From positions 8,428 to 72,427 of IMG/VR virus record IMGVR_UViG_3300027749_000093: 64,000 nucleotides of DNA; one strand, given 5' to 3'. Shown piece by piece: positions 31,406 through 41,535 of this stretch (position 1 is the first letter of the stretch; each line of letters starts with the position of its first letter). The notes below the pieces were generated by a model that made no database searches, was not told the DNA's origin, and saw only the letters and a list, made by a program, of their open reading frames with translations. Both the position numbers and the translations under genes were made by a program. Source of the DNA: a virus.

Positions 31406-32148
31406 TTCAATCAAGAAGTTACGGGAGACTTGGGAACGTATTGTTTCAAATAGCTGCTGCTGCATCTTACGCATTAAAACATAACCTAGAATTTTCTGTA
31501 CCAAATGAAACTAATGATGAATATTGGAATCCATTATACTTACAACACTTACATAACGACAAATGGGTTAATGGCATAGAAGACATACTTGTAAACGAAA
31601 ACGGATTTAGATTTCAAGACATTCCATTTGACGAATATTGGAGGGGAAAACAAATAGTCTTAAATGGTTATTGGCAGTCATGGAAGTACCTAGAAGAATA
31701 CAGAAAGGAAATATTATACCTATTTGATTTAAGATGGAAACTAAAGCCACAGACTGCATCTATACATATTCGCAGAGGTGACTACTTACATTTAACCGAT
31801 AAGCATCCACCATACACATTAGAATACCTAAACGATGCCATTAATTATTTAATAAACAATACAGGAGTAGAAAACTTTGAAGTTTATTCAGATGATACAG
31901 CATGGTGTTTGGAAAATTTAAACCACATACCAAACATTAAAATAATTGAAACAGGAAACGAATTAGAAGATATGGTTGAAGCATCATGTTGTGCATTTAA
32001 CATTTGTTGTTCTAGTACATTCTCGTTTTGGATTGCTTGGCTTAACAGAAACCCAAATAAAATTTGTATATTCCCTAAACTATGGTTTGTGGAAGGATAT
32101 CATCTAGATACAACCGATTTACTAGACCCATCATGGATAAAACTTTAA
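31396..32148 (+). CDS. GT11 alpha-1,2-fucosyltransferase-like
   Basis: GRLGNVLFQ; GYWQSWKY; SIHIRRGDY; YSDD; SSTFSFW. Confidence 0.9.
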   Translation: MSIVQSRSYGRLGNVLFQIAAAASYALKHNLEFSVPNETNDEYWNPLYLQHLHNDKWVNGIEDILVNENGFRFQDIPFDEYWRGKQIVLNGYWQSWKYLEEYRKEILYLFDLRWKLKPQTASIHIRRGDYLHLTDKHPPYTLEYLNDAINYLINNTGVENFEVYSDDTAWCLENLNHIPNIKIIETGNELEDMVEASCCAFNICCSSTFSFWIAWLNRNPNKICIFPKLWFVEGYHLDTTDLLDPSWIKL

Positions 32149-32150
32149 AT

Positions 32151-32750
32151 ATGTACGCATTAACAATTGAACCCGATAGTGTAATGTTTGACTTTGCATT
32201 ATACTATGATATGGTAGCAGAAAGACTACCTGATAACTGTAAGATTGCAGAAGTAGGAATAGCTAATGGTAAATCAGCCATATACCTAGCAGAAAAAATA
32301 TTGTCTTTAGGTAAAAAAATAGACAGATTTGTATTAATAGATTCTATGCAATATGGTGGTAATGTACAGATACAAACAATAGTAAATCACTTAGTAAAAA
32401 GTGGTGTAGGGGAAAGTTGTGAACTTATTATAAAAGGAAGCCTTGATGCTAGTTGCGAATTCCCTGATGATTATTTTGATTATGTTTTTATAGATGCATC
32501 ACACGAATACGAATTAACAAAAGCAGATATAAGACTTTGGCACAGAAAAGTAAAAGGAGACGGATTTCTTTCAGGACACGATTACAATGCAACAGATGTA
32601 AGAAATGCAGTAGATGAAGTACTACCTACATTTACGGTATATGTTAACCAACAAACTCCAACTAAAATATTAGAATCCATTATAACAGATAATAATTGGG
32701 GTATTTGGGAATACACAATTAATTGGCAAACTAAAAAAGTAATAAAATGA
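32151..32750 (+). CDS. class I SAM methyltransferase (Methyltransf_24-like)
   Basis: AEVGIANGKS...VFIDASHEY...GFLSGHDY. Confidence 0.85.
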   Translation: MYALTIEPDSVMFDFALYYDMVAERLPDNCKIAEVGIANGKSAIYLAEKILSLGKKIDRFVLIDSMQYGGNVQIQTIVNHLVKSGVGESCELIIKGSLDASCEFPDDYFDYVFIDASHEYELTKADIRLWHRKVKGDGFLSGHDYNATDVRNAVDEVLPTFTVYVNQQTPTKILESIITDNNWGIWEYTINWQTKKVIK

Positions 32751-33742
32751 AAACAGCATTAGTTTTAGGTGGACATGGAATGATAGGAATGCAACTTGTC
32801 AAAAGACTTAAAAAAGAAGGATTTTGGGTAAGGTCGGTAGATATAAAACAACCTGAATTTAGTAAGTCAGAAGCAGACCAAAGTTTAATATTAGATTTAA
32901 GAAGTGAATTTAATATGTCTAAAGTTTTATTTTCACCAAATCAATTAAATATTTCAGATAAAGAAAATTCTTTTGATGAAGTGTATATGTTGGCAGCGCA
33001 AATGGGCGGTGCTTTGTATGTATTCAGTAAAGAAAATGATGCAGATATTATACATGATTCAGCTATAATGAATCTTCATGTAGCATCAATAGCAGCTAAA
33101 TTAAGTATCAAAAAATTATTTTTTAGTAGTTCAGCTTGTTGTTATTCAGAAAGATTACAAGAAGATTTAAATAGTGCAGCATTAAAAGAAAGTAGTGCAT
33201 GGGAAGGAAAACCTGATTCTGTTTATGGAATAGAAAAATTAATATCAGAACAAGTATATGATTCTTATCGCAGAAATTATGGATTAGATGTAAGAATAGG
33301 CAGATTTCATAATATATTTTCAACAGAATGTACATACAAAGGAGGAAGAGAAAAATCACCTGCAGCAGTATGTAGAAAAGTTGCCGAAGCAAAAGATGGA
33401 GATTCGATTGAAATATGGGGAGATGGATTGCAACAAAGGTCATTTCTATGGATAGAAGAATGCTTGGATGGAATCAGAAAACTAATGGATAGCGATTATG
33501 TGCATCCTATCAATATTGGTTCTGACGAAATGATTTCAATTAATGATTTAGCAAAAATGGTTATTGAAATTAGTGGCAAAAATCTTACAATAAAAAATGT
33601 AGAATCAAATGCTATTGGTGTTAGGGGTAGAAATAGCGACAATACACTTATAAAAGAAGTATTAGATTGGACTCCAACACAACCACTTAGAAAAGGAATG
33701 GAAAGTCTTTATTCATGGATTAATAAACAAGTATCATGCTAA
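32747..33742 (+). CDS. GDP-mannose 3',5'-epimerase-like NAD-dependent epimerase
   Basis: GGHGMIG; LAAQMGG; SSSACCY; YGIEK; RFHNI; GGREKSPAA; GVRGRNSDN, all GME-family signatures. Confidence 0.85.
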   Translation: MKTALVLGGHGMIGMQLVKRLKKEGFWVRSVDIKQPEFSKSEADQSLILDLRSEFNMSKVLFSPNQLNISDKENSFDEVYMLAAQMGGALYVFSKENDADIIHDSAIMNLHVASIAAKLSIKKLFFSSSACCYSERLQEDLNSAALKESSAWEGKPDSVYGIEKLISEQVYDSYRRNYGLDVRIGRFHNIFSTECTYKGGREKSPAAVCRKVAEAKDGDSIEIWGDGLQQRSFLWIEECLDGIRKLMDSDYVHPINIGSDEMISINDLAKMVIEISGKNLTIKNVESNAIGVRGRNSDNTLIKEVLDWTPTQPLRKGMESLYSWINKQVSC

Positions 33743-34368
33743 TACCATTACAACCAATACTAGAGAAATATAATATTAAACTTAATGGTGTTGCACATAT
33801 TGGCGCACATTGGGCGCAAGAGAATTCTACTTATATCGAATGCGGATGTAAGGAGTTTTTATATGTCGAACCTGTTAAACAAGCGTTTAATATTTTAGTA
33901 GAAAAGTTTAAGGATAACGATAATGTAATACTTAAAAACTTTGCAATAGGAAGTACTCCATCAATAGGGGTAATGTATGTTGATACCACAAATCAAGGGC
34001 AAAGCAATAGTTTATTAGAACCATTAGTACACCTAGAACAACACAAAGAAGTAATATTTAATGGAGAACCTGAAGTAGTAAAAGTTGTGACACTAGATTC
34101 ATTAAACATTTCTAAGAACTTGAACTTATTAATGATAGATACGCAAGGGTATGAATTAGAAGTTTTAAAAGGTTCTACTTCTGTATTGAATCAATTTGAT
34201 TTATTATATCTAGAAGTAAATAGGGAAGAAACATATAAAGGATGCCCTATGGTAGAAGAATTAGATGAGTTTTTAAAAGAATATAAATTTACAAGGGTAG
34301 AAACAAAATGGGCTTCTGACTACCATTCTTGGGGTGATGCAGTTTGGATTAAAAATAATTTGTTATGA
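33736..34368 (+). CDS. FkbM-family methyltransferase
   Basis: HIGAH...VEP...LMIDTQGYELEVLKG...LEVN...WGDAVW. Confidence 0.85.
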   Translation: MLIPLQPILEKYNIKLNGVAHIGAHWAQENSTYIECGCKEFLYVEPVKQAFNILVEKFKDNDNVILKNFAIGSTPSIGVMYVDTTNQGQSNSLLEPLVHLEQHKEVIFNGEPEVVKVVTLDSLNISKNLNLLMIDTQGYELEVLKGSTSVLNQFDLLYLEVNREETYKGCPMVEELDEFLKEYKFTRVETKWASDYHSWGDAVWIKNNLL

Positions 34369-35120
34369 TAGGTATTTATAAAATAACTTCTCCTAATAAT
34401 AAAATATATATAGGGCAAAGTATTGATATAGAAAATAGAGTTAAAAAAAATTATAGTAAAGGATTATGTAAAAATCAAATATTTCTTTATAATTCTATAA
34501 AAAAATATGGTTGGAATAATCATAAATTTGAAATAGTAAAAGAATGCATGATTAATGAATTAAATTATTTAGAAAAATTTTATATTAAATTTTATAATAG
34601 TTTTAATACAAAAAATGGATTAAATTTAAGAAGTGGTGGCAGTTCTACTTCTAAAGTATCAGAAATAACTAAAGAAAAAATGTCTAAATCTTGGGAAAAC
34701 GGGAAAAGGACAAATAAATCTAAAGAATTACATAATGCTGCAAGAAAAATAAATCAATATACAATAGATAATGTTTTTATAAGAACATGGGATTATATCT
34801 CTCAAGTAGAAAATGAATTAGGTTTTTATAGAAGCAATATATGTAAGGCTTGTAAAGGAAAATGTTATTCCGCATATGGTTATAGATGGTCGTATATAGA
34901 TGAAGAAAAAACATATAATACAATGCGTATGGGAATGAAACAAAGAATACCTGTTTATCAATATTCATTAAATGGAGAATTTATTAAAAAATGGGATTTT
35001 GTAAATGATGCTGCGATATATGTAAATGGAAGTGTTGTTGGTATAAATAAATGTTGTCATGGTATTTATAAAAAAGCATATAAATATATATGGTCTTTTA
35101 ATTTTAATCAAAAATCATAA
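34365..35120 (+). mobile_element. free-standing GIY-YIG homing endonuclease with two NUMOD1-like repeats
   Basis: GIYKITSPNNKIYIGQS; two copies of QY..DG/NG.FI..W...I..CC.G....AY.Y.W. Confidence 0.85.
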
Positions 35121-35123
35121 TTT

Positions 35124-35927
35124 ATGATTGACGTACCTGATTGGGCAAAACCTCAAATTTTTACTGTATATCCATACGAAAATTTATTAATTTTTGAAGA
35201 GTGGGTAATAATGCAATCATTGCCTGAAACCAATCGTGAATATCTACCTGTAATGTGGACATCTTATCAAGTAAATAATAATTATGGAAATGATGTAGAA
35301 GCACTAGTAAGACTTCAGAATTTTATAAACGAACTACCAAAGGACAAAAAGTATTGGACAATTGTTCAGTATGATGATGGTATTTTAGTAGATGTTTCAA
35401 GAATAGATTTGTTACAGTTTAGTATGAGTAAAAATATAGGTATTCCAATTCCTTTATTATCTATGCCACATTCTTATGTTCCCATTAAAGAAAAGAATTA
35501 CATCGCATCATTTATAGGCACACATACGCATCCAATAAGAGAAAAAATATTTAACATAACTAGCAAGGGTTATTACATATCTGATGCAGCACATAATACA
35601 AAAGAATTTTGTAAAATAATATCAGAGTCTGATTTTGGTTTGTGTCCTCGTGGATATGGACTTAATAGCTTTAGAATAGGGGAATGTATGCAGTATGGTA
35701 CAATACCGGTTTATATATCAGATGAGTTTGTTATACCACTCGATTTAGATTTCTCAGAATACGGGATATTAATACCTGAATGCGATGCTGATAACATTGA
35801 AAGAATACTGAAAAGTTACACCCCGTTGCAAATAATTGATATGCAAGATAAGTGTAAGCAAGTTTATCAAGAATATTATACATATGCAGGGGCTTTAAAC
35901 AAAATTATGAAATATCTTGAAATCTAA
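35124..35927 (+). CDS. exostosin-like (GT47) glycosyltransferase
   Basis: SFIGTHTHPIR...SDFGLCPRGYGLNSFRIGECMQYGTIPVYISD. Confidence 0.85.
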   Translation: MIDVPDWAKPQIFTVYPYENLLIFEEWVIMQSLPETNREYLPVMWTSYQVNNNYGNDVEALVRLQNFINELPKDKKYWTIVQYDDGILVDVSRIDLLQFSMSKNIGIPIPLLSMPHSYVPIKEKNYIASFIGTHTHPIREKIFNITSKGYYISDAAHNTKEFCKIISESDFGLCPRGYGLNSFRIGECMQYGTIPVYISDEFVIPLDLDFSEYGILIPECDADNIERILKSYTPLQIIDMQDKCKQVYQEYYTYAGALNKIMKYLEI

Positions 35928-36477
35928 TATTATTCATAGCATATATTATCAAGAACGATTACCTAGATTATTAAACGAATTGTCTAGTAATGGTATAACT
36001 GATTATGAATTATGGGAAGGTATAATTGACCAAAAGTCAAGTCAAAAAGGTATCAATCAAAGCCACAAACAAATAGTAGAATACGCACAATTAGCTAAGT
36101 GGGATGAGGTACTAATAATGGAAGATGATATTAGATTCTGTGGTGAAGGTTCATTTGAATATTTCTTACAAAACAAGCCTGAATCATTTGATATTTATTT
36201 AGCAGGCATTTACATGGGGGAAATACTACCTGATAATACGGTAAAAACATTCTCAGGACTTCATTGCTACATAGTACATTCTAAGTTCTATGAAAAGTTT
36301 TTATCTACACCAACCGATGCGCATATTGATAGGGCTTTATCTGAGTTAGGTGAGTTTAAAGTATGCAATCCTTTTGCTGCAATTCAATACAATGGATTCT
36401 CTTCAAACACTAGAAAAGAAGAAAATTATGATTATTTACTAAATAATCGGGAATTATATGGTAATTTTGTACTATAA
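35917..36477 (+). CDS. second GT25-like glycosyltransferase
   Basis: GINQSH...LIMEDD...FDIYLAG...GLHCYIV...HID. Confidence 0.75.
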   Translation: MKSNIIHSIYYQERLPRLLNELSSNGITDYELWEGIIDQKSSQKGINQSHKQIVEYAQLAKWDEVLIMEDDIRFCGEGSFEYFLQNKPESFDIYLAGIYMGEILPDNTVKTFSGLHCYIVHSKFYEKFLSTPTDAHIDRALSELGEFKVCNPFAAIQYNGFSSNTRKEENYDYLLNNRELYGNFVL

Positions 36478-36542
36478 ATATATTTATTTGTTTTTTTAAC
36501 AAAATTTTAAGTACTTTGGGTACGGATTAAAATTCCTTAACA

Positions 36543-38954
36543 TTGGCAGAGAACAATTTATACGGATACCCTGATTCACAAATAGACCCAAGGTTGAAAA
36601 ACTACGATTGGATTCTTCAATTTGTGAAAGCAGCATACTACGATAATAGAGGGTTTATTCCTTCTACACCTCTTAATTCAGGGCAATCAAAAATGCAGGA
36701 GATTAAGGAATATGCGCTTGGGCAACAAAGTATTAATAAGTACAAGAAAGAACTTCTTGCCGATGAGCAACAAGATACTACTTGGCAAGCAATAGATTGG
36801 ACACCTTTAGCATTATTACCTAAGTACAGGGAGATTGCTATTTCTAAGATGTTTCAAGAAAAATACGACATTCAAGCATTCGCAGTAGACCCATTAGCAA
36901 AAAGTGAAGAAGATGATTATTTTAACAAAATGAAGGTTAAGATAATGCTTCGTGAGGAAGCTATGAAAATGGGTGATGCAGGTAAAGAAATAGCAGACAA
37001 TCCTATCCTAAAGCCACAGCAAGGTGAACCACAGGACATGGAACAACTAGCTATGGAACAAAACTATGGCTACAAACACATCATGTCAATGGAAGCAGAA
37101 GAGTTAAATACTCTTATAATGCAACAAAATGATGGCGAAGAACTAAGAAAAAGAACTGTTGAATATTTATACGATTTTGGTATTGGTGGGTATACACAAT
37201 GGATTGATGAGAATGGCATGGTAAAAGTGAGGGAGATTAATCCTGAACAATTAGTAATGTCTTATTGTTCTAAAAATAACTTTTCTGATTTAACACATTG
37301 GGGAGAAATTATTGAAGTTTATGTAGGTGATTTAGCCCCATACTTTACAGAAGAACAACTAAAAACAATAGTACAAAGTGTAGCAGGTAAATATGGTAAC
37401 CCATCTAACTTTGCATATGGTGCTGACTTGTCTAAGTATTGGAACAGATTTAAAGTACTTGTATTAGACTTTAAATTCTTATCATGGAATACAACTTACT
37501 ACAAAAACGAAATTGACGGAAGAGGTAACACAAGATTTAATAAAACTAAGTTTCAAACAATTGGTGCTGATGGAATACTTAGAGATGAATATAAAGAACC
37601 ATTTGAAGAATCAGGTTATAAAGGAAGTGAAGACCCTAAGTTTATGGATATTACTAGAAAAGTAGTATACAAATGCAAGTGGCTTATCCAAACTAATTTC
37701 ATGTACGATTATGGTTTGTCCGAAAATATGGTTCGGAAGCCGTCATCATGGTGGGATACTACCTTAGATGTACAATTGTATTCATGGAACTTTTACAAAA
37801 TGAAGTTCTCAGGTATTACCGAAAGACTAATACCACTAGAAGACAAGGCTTGTTTGACATGGTATAAATTGCAGAATTTAACCAACAAACTTGTACCTTA
37901 TTTAATAAACTTGGATTTGACTGCTTTTGAAGGAGTAAACTTTGGTAAGGGTGGTGGAAATGCCACCCCATCAGAGATTATTGACTTCATCTTTACCAAC
38001 TTTGTTGTACCGCACAGAAGCCATGACTTATTAAGGCAGAACCCTAACTACAAACCTGTAAGTATTGAAGCTAGTGGACAATTAGCCCTATTTACTCAGT
38101 TGTATGAAGACTTAAACAATACTATCGCTATGATGCGACAAGTATCAGGTTTAAATGAAGTAACAGATGCTAGCACACCTAATTCTAAGAATCTTAATTC
38201 TACTAACGCAGCAGCAGTACAAAGTACAAACAATGCGTTATTTCTTATACAGAATGCTGACAAACAATTGATAGTAAAATTAGCTGATGCTAATATAGCA
38301 AAAGGACAGATAGCAGTTAAGTTAGGAAAGGTTTCAGGATACAGAAAAGCATTAGGACAGGAGACAGTAAGTTTCTTACAGATTAATCCTAATATATCTA
38401 ACCATGAATTTGGTATTTTCTTAGAAGATGCACCATCTGAAGAGCAAAGACAAATGTTTTGGCAAAACCTAAATAACAAAGAATATCAAGGACTAATAGA
38501 ACCTGAAGATAAAATACTTATAATGAGTGTTAGAAATCTTAAACAGGCAGATATTGTCTTAGCATATAGAATCAAAAAACGCAAAGAAGCAGCACAAGCA
38601 GCTAAAATGCAAGAGATTCAAGCACAACAACAAGGACAAGCGCAATTGCAAATGCAGGCTGAACAAATGAAGCAACAAACACTTCAAATGCAAAGTCAAT
38701 TAGCAATTCAACTTGAAAACTTGAAAGGAGAATGGCTTTGGAGAATAGAAAGCATGAAGAAAGAAAACGATGCCAACGAAGCACATATCCAAGCCCAAAG
38801 CAAAATAGTATCAAATCAAGTAATGGCAAAAGCTAAAACTGATTCAGCTAACATTGCAGCAGGTAGTCATATTACAGGTACACACATGAAAAACCAAGCC
38901 GATATGGCAATGACTGAAATAAGTAACGAAACCAAAAAACAAACCAAAAAATAA
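36543..38954 (+). CDS. portal protein (crAss-like)
   Basis: 803 aa; YALGQQSINKYK; IDWTPL; AVDP; SGLNEVTDAS; Gln-rich C-terminal coiled coil; between TerL and MCP. Confidence 0.85.
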   Translation: MAENNLYGYPDSQIDPRLKNYDWILQFVKAAYYDNRGFIPSTPLNSGQSKMQEIKEYALGQQSINKYKKELLADEQQDTTWQAIDWTPLALLPKYREIAISKMFQEKYDIQAFAVDPLAKSEEDDYFNKMKVKIMLREEAMKMGDAGKEIADNPILKPQQGEPQDMEQLAMEQNYGYKHIMSMEAEELNTLIMQQNDGEELRKRTVEYLYDFGIGGYTQWIDENGMVKVREINPEQLVMSYCSKNNFSDLTHWGEIIEVYVGDLAPYFTEEQLKTIVQSVAGKYGNPSNFAYGADLSKYWNRFKVLVLDFKFLSWNTTYYKNEIDGRGNTRFNKTKFQTIGADGILRDEYKEPFEESGYKGSEDPKFMDITRKVVYKCKWLIQTNFMYDYGLSENMVRKPSSWWDTTLDVQLYSWNFYKMKFSGITERLIPLEDKACLTWYKLQNLTNKLVPYLINLDLTAFEGVNFGKGGGNATPSEIIDFIFTNFVVPHRSHDLLRQNPNYKPVSIEASGQLALFTQLYEDLNNTIAMMRQVSGLNEVTDASTPNSKNLNSTNAAAVQSTNNALFLIQNADKQLIVKLADANIAKGQIAVKLGKVSGYRKALGQETVSFLQINPNISNHEFGIFLEDAPSEEQRQMFWQNLNNKEYQGLIEPEDKILIMSVRNLKQADIVLAYRIKKRKEAAQAAKMQEIQAQQQGQAQLQMQAEQMKQQTLQMQSQLAIQLENLKGEWLWRIESMKKENDANEAHIQAQSKIVSNQVMAKAKTDSANIAAGSHITGTHMKNQADMAMTEISNETKKQTKK

Positions 38955-38959
38955 CCAAT

Positions 38960-40087
38960 ATGGAAGAAGTAGTTGTAGAACCAATAGTAGCAGCAGAACC
39001 AATAGCAGATGTTAAACCTTCGTTTAGCGCAACTGTATTCGGTAATGAACAACCTGCCGTACAAGATGCCCCTGTGCATCCTACAGAAGTACACCAAGAA
39101 TCAACACAAGAAAACCAAACACAATCAGAACCTATAATAGATGAAGATGGTGTAAGTAGTTTCTCAATGCCTAGCTATGGTGACGAACCTGTAACAGCAG
39201 AAGCAACTGCAGAAACTAATCTTGCTTGGAAAGAAGCACTTAAACAAGCGGATAGAAAAGAAGTATTAAAAGAACTAGGATTAGATGATTTTGATATTGA
39301 ATTTTCAGAGTTTAGAAAGAATGGTAACGACCCATACAAATACTTAGAAGCAAAATCATTTGATTGGGAACAAGTTCCTGATATAGATATCGTTATTGAA
39401 GACTTTATCAAACAATACCCAACATTTGACTCAAACCAATTAGATAGACTAATCTCTAAAAAATATGGCTATATCGATGGTGGAGATGAGGAAGATAATG
39501 CCGATGCATTAATTTTAATGAAAGCGGATGCGCATCTGTCAAGACAACAAAGAATAGCAGAACAGAAAAACTTCAAAATACCACAATCACCGCAAGAGGC
39601 GGCAAGTAGTAAAGTAGAACAGTTATATGCAGAACAACAGGAAATAGCCATGCAAAATTATCAGCAGCAGGTTAACTTCTACAAATCGCATGAGGCTACG
39701 CAAAATCTAGTGCAATCCAAAAGAGTTGGAGTTGAAATAGGTGGCGATAAACCTTTTTACTTTAGTGTAGACAAACCTGAATTGATAACAAAGGCTATTA
39801 CCGATGGGGAATTATGGCAAAGAATAACCGCAGTTAATCCGCAAGAGGCTGATGCTGCTAAGTTAATTCCTGATGTGGCTAAACTTCAAAAATTAGTCAT
39901 TGCCGCTATGAACCCGAATTATGAAAAAGACTTAGTAAACTATGGCAAATCTTTGGGTTTGAAAAACATAGTTGAAGAAGGTCAAAATGCTCGCAAACCA
40001 AATGGTACTGTTCCCACCGTATCAAATGATTCCCCGTCTATGGCTTGGGGAAGGGCAACACAATCAAACTTTGGTGGGAGGAAATAA
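38960..40087 (+). CDS. acidic scaffold-like head protein
   Basis: acidic disordered N-terminus; between portal and MCP. Confidence 0.55.
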   Translation: MEEVVVEPIVAAEPIADVKPSFSATVFGNEQPAVQDAPVHPTEVHQESTQENQTQSEPIIDEDGVSSFSMPSYGDEPVTAEATAETNLAWKEALKQADRKEVLKELGLDDFDIEFSEFRKNGNDPYKYLEAKSFDWEQVPDIDIVIEDFIKQYPTFDSNQLDRLISKKYGYIDGGDEEDNADALILMKADAHLSRQQRIAEQKNFKIPQSPQEAASSKVEQLYAEQQEIAMQNYQQQVNFYKSHEATQNLVQSKRVGVEIGGDKPFYFSVDKPELITKAITDGELWQRITAVNPQEADAAKLIPDVAKLQKLVIAAMNPNYEKDLVNYGKSLGLKNIVEEGQNARKPNGTVPTVSNDSPSMAWGRATQSNFGGRK

Positions 40088-40112
40088 ATTTTAATGCCCT
40101 AAAACAAATATA

Positions 40113-41465
40113 ATGGCAACTTCACAAGGTATATTAAATAAACAGTATGTCTCCTCTTTGGATTCTTTCCTTGATACAAGAGAGATTAATAAATTGGTAA
40201 CAGATGTTCAGAATGAAGATAATCTTACTGACATCTTGGACTTAGCTAGTCGTAAAAAGCCAATCGCTACAGGACAACCTTTCTACAACACTTATGTAAA
40301 TGATAAGTTATTCTTTTTACTTGATACCACAGGTGGTACTGTAAACGGAAGCGGAACTGTATCTGTAAACTTTACTTGTACTGCAGCTACTTCAGGCTTA
40401 GTTCGTAAAGATGATATCGTTCTTGCACCTACGAATGTAATTTCTTGTATCGTTACTAACGTAATTTCTGCATCAGGTATTGATACAGTTTATGTTAAGA
40501 GTGTATCAGGTGCTAACATCACCCTTACTGCAGGACAAAAACTTTCTGTTTACTCAGTAGCAGTTGGTGAAAACTCAGTAAGTCAGTCTAACCTACGTTT
40601 CGGTTTGACTCGTTATTTCAACAAATATCAAATCTTTAGAGAGATTTCAATCGTAACTGATGTTCAGACTGCAGCTACAATCGAAACTACTTTCAACGGT
40701 CAACCTTACTTCGCAGTTAAAGACCATTTGGAGAAGCAAATCAAATTGAAGGGTGACATCAACGCAGCATTCATTGCAGGCGATATGTCTAGCACTTCAT
40801 TTGCTGACACAACTCCATTCTTGACTGATGCTAACACTAGCAACGGTAATGGTGGTGGTGCAGTTCAAACTACTCGTGGTATCCACAAATACATTGAACT
40901 ATATGGTAATACTATTGTTGATGGTACTCCGGGTGCTTTTGGTAAATCAGACTTAGATAATGCAGTTTCTACTCTTATCGCTTCTCGTGCGCCTAAAGAA
41001 CAATTAGTATTCGGTTCTAGTGTTAGCCGTTCTGCAATTGATACTTACTACAAAAATTTAGGTTCTGCAGGTGTTACATCTGTTCGTCTAGTAGTAGATG
41101 GCAAAGAACTTGACTTGAATGTAGACAAAGTTTCTTACGCAGGTTTCCAATTCAATTACATGACAATGCCTATTCAAGACCATCCTGTATTGTTTAGTCA
41201 AACTGTAATTAATGCATCAGTTTACTACTTACCTTACAACTTGAAAGTTCCTGTTCAAGGTGGTGGATTTGATGCTGCTGTTGCAGTTCGTTATATTCCT
41301 TCTCAAACCAAATATGGTAACGGAATGATTGACGAGATTCATACAGGTGCGTTAGCTTGGAATGGTATTCCAAACGGAGACTTCATGAATGCAACTACAT
41401 CTTGGACTACCAAACAAGGTTTGGAAGTTTTAGGTGCGCAGTTCATGCTTCGTCAACAAATCTAA
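40113..41465 (+). CDS. major capsid protein (crAss-like)
   Basis: 450 aa; high-expression codon bias; NKYQIFRE and TTRGI motifs; followed by terminator. Confidence 0.8.
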   Translation: MATSQGILNKQYVSSLDSFLDTREINKLVTDVQNEDNLTDILDLASRKKPIATGQPFYNTYVNDKLFFLLDTTGGTVNGSGTVSVNFTCTAATSGLVRKDDIVLAPTNVISCIVTNVISASGIDTVYVKSVSGANITLTAGQKLSVYSVAVGENSVSQSNLRFGLTRYFNKYQIFREISIVTDVQTAATIETTFNGQPYFAVKDHLEKQIKLKGDINAAFIAGDMSSTSFADTTPFLTDANTSNGNGGGAVQTTRGIHKYIELYGNTIVDGTPGAFGKSDLDNAVSTLIASRAPKEQLVFGSSVSRSAIDTYYKNLGSAGVTSVRLVVDGKELDLNVDKVSYAGFQFNYMTMPIQDHPVLFSQTVINASVYYLPYNLKVPVQGGGFDAAVAVRYIPSQTKYGNGMIDEIHTGALAWNGIPNGDFMNATTSWTTKQGLEVLGAQFMLRQQI

Positions 41466-41473
41466 ATACAACT

Positions 41474-41506
41474 TTAGTGGGTAGCCAAGTGCTGCCCACT
41501 AATTTT
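41474..41506 (+). terminator. intrinsic terminator after MCP
   Basis: TTAGTGGGTAGC-CAAGT-GCTGCCCACTAA followed by T5. Confidence 0.8.
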
Positions 41507-41535
41507 TAAAAACGAAAACAAAAAAACCAAATAAA

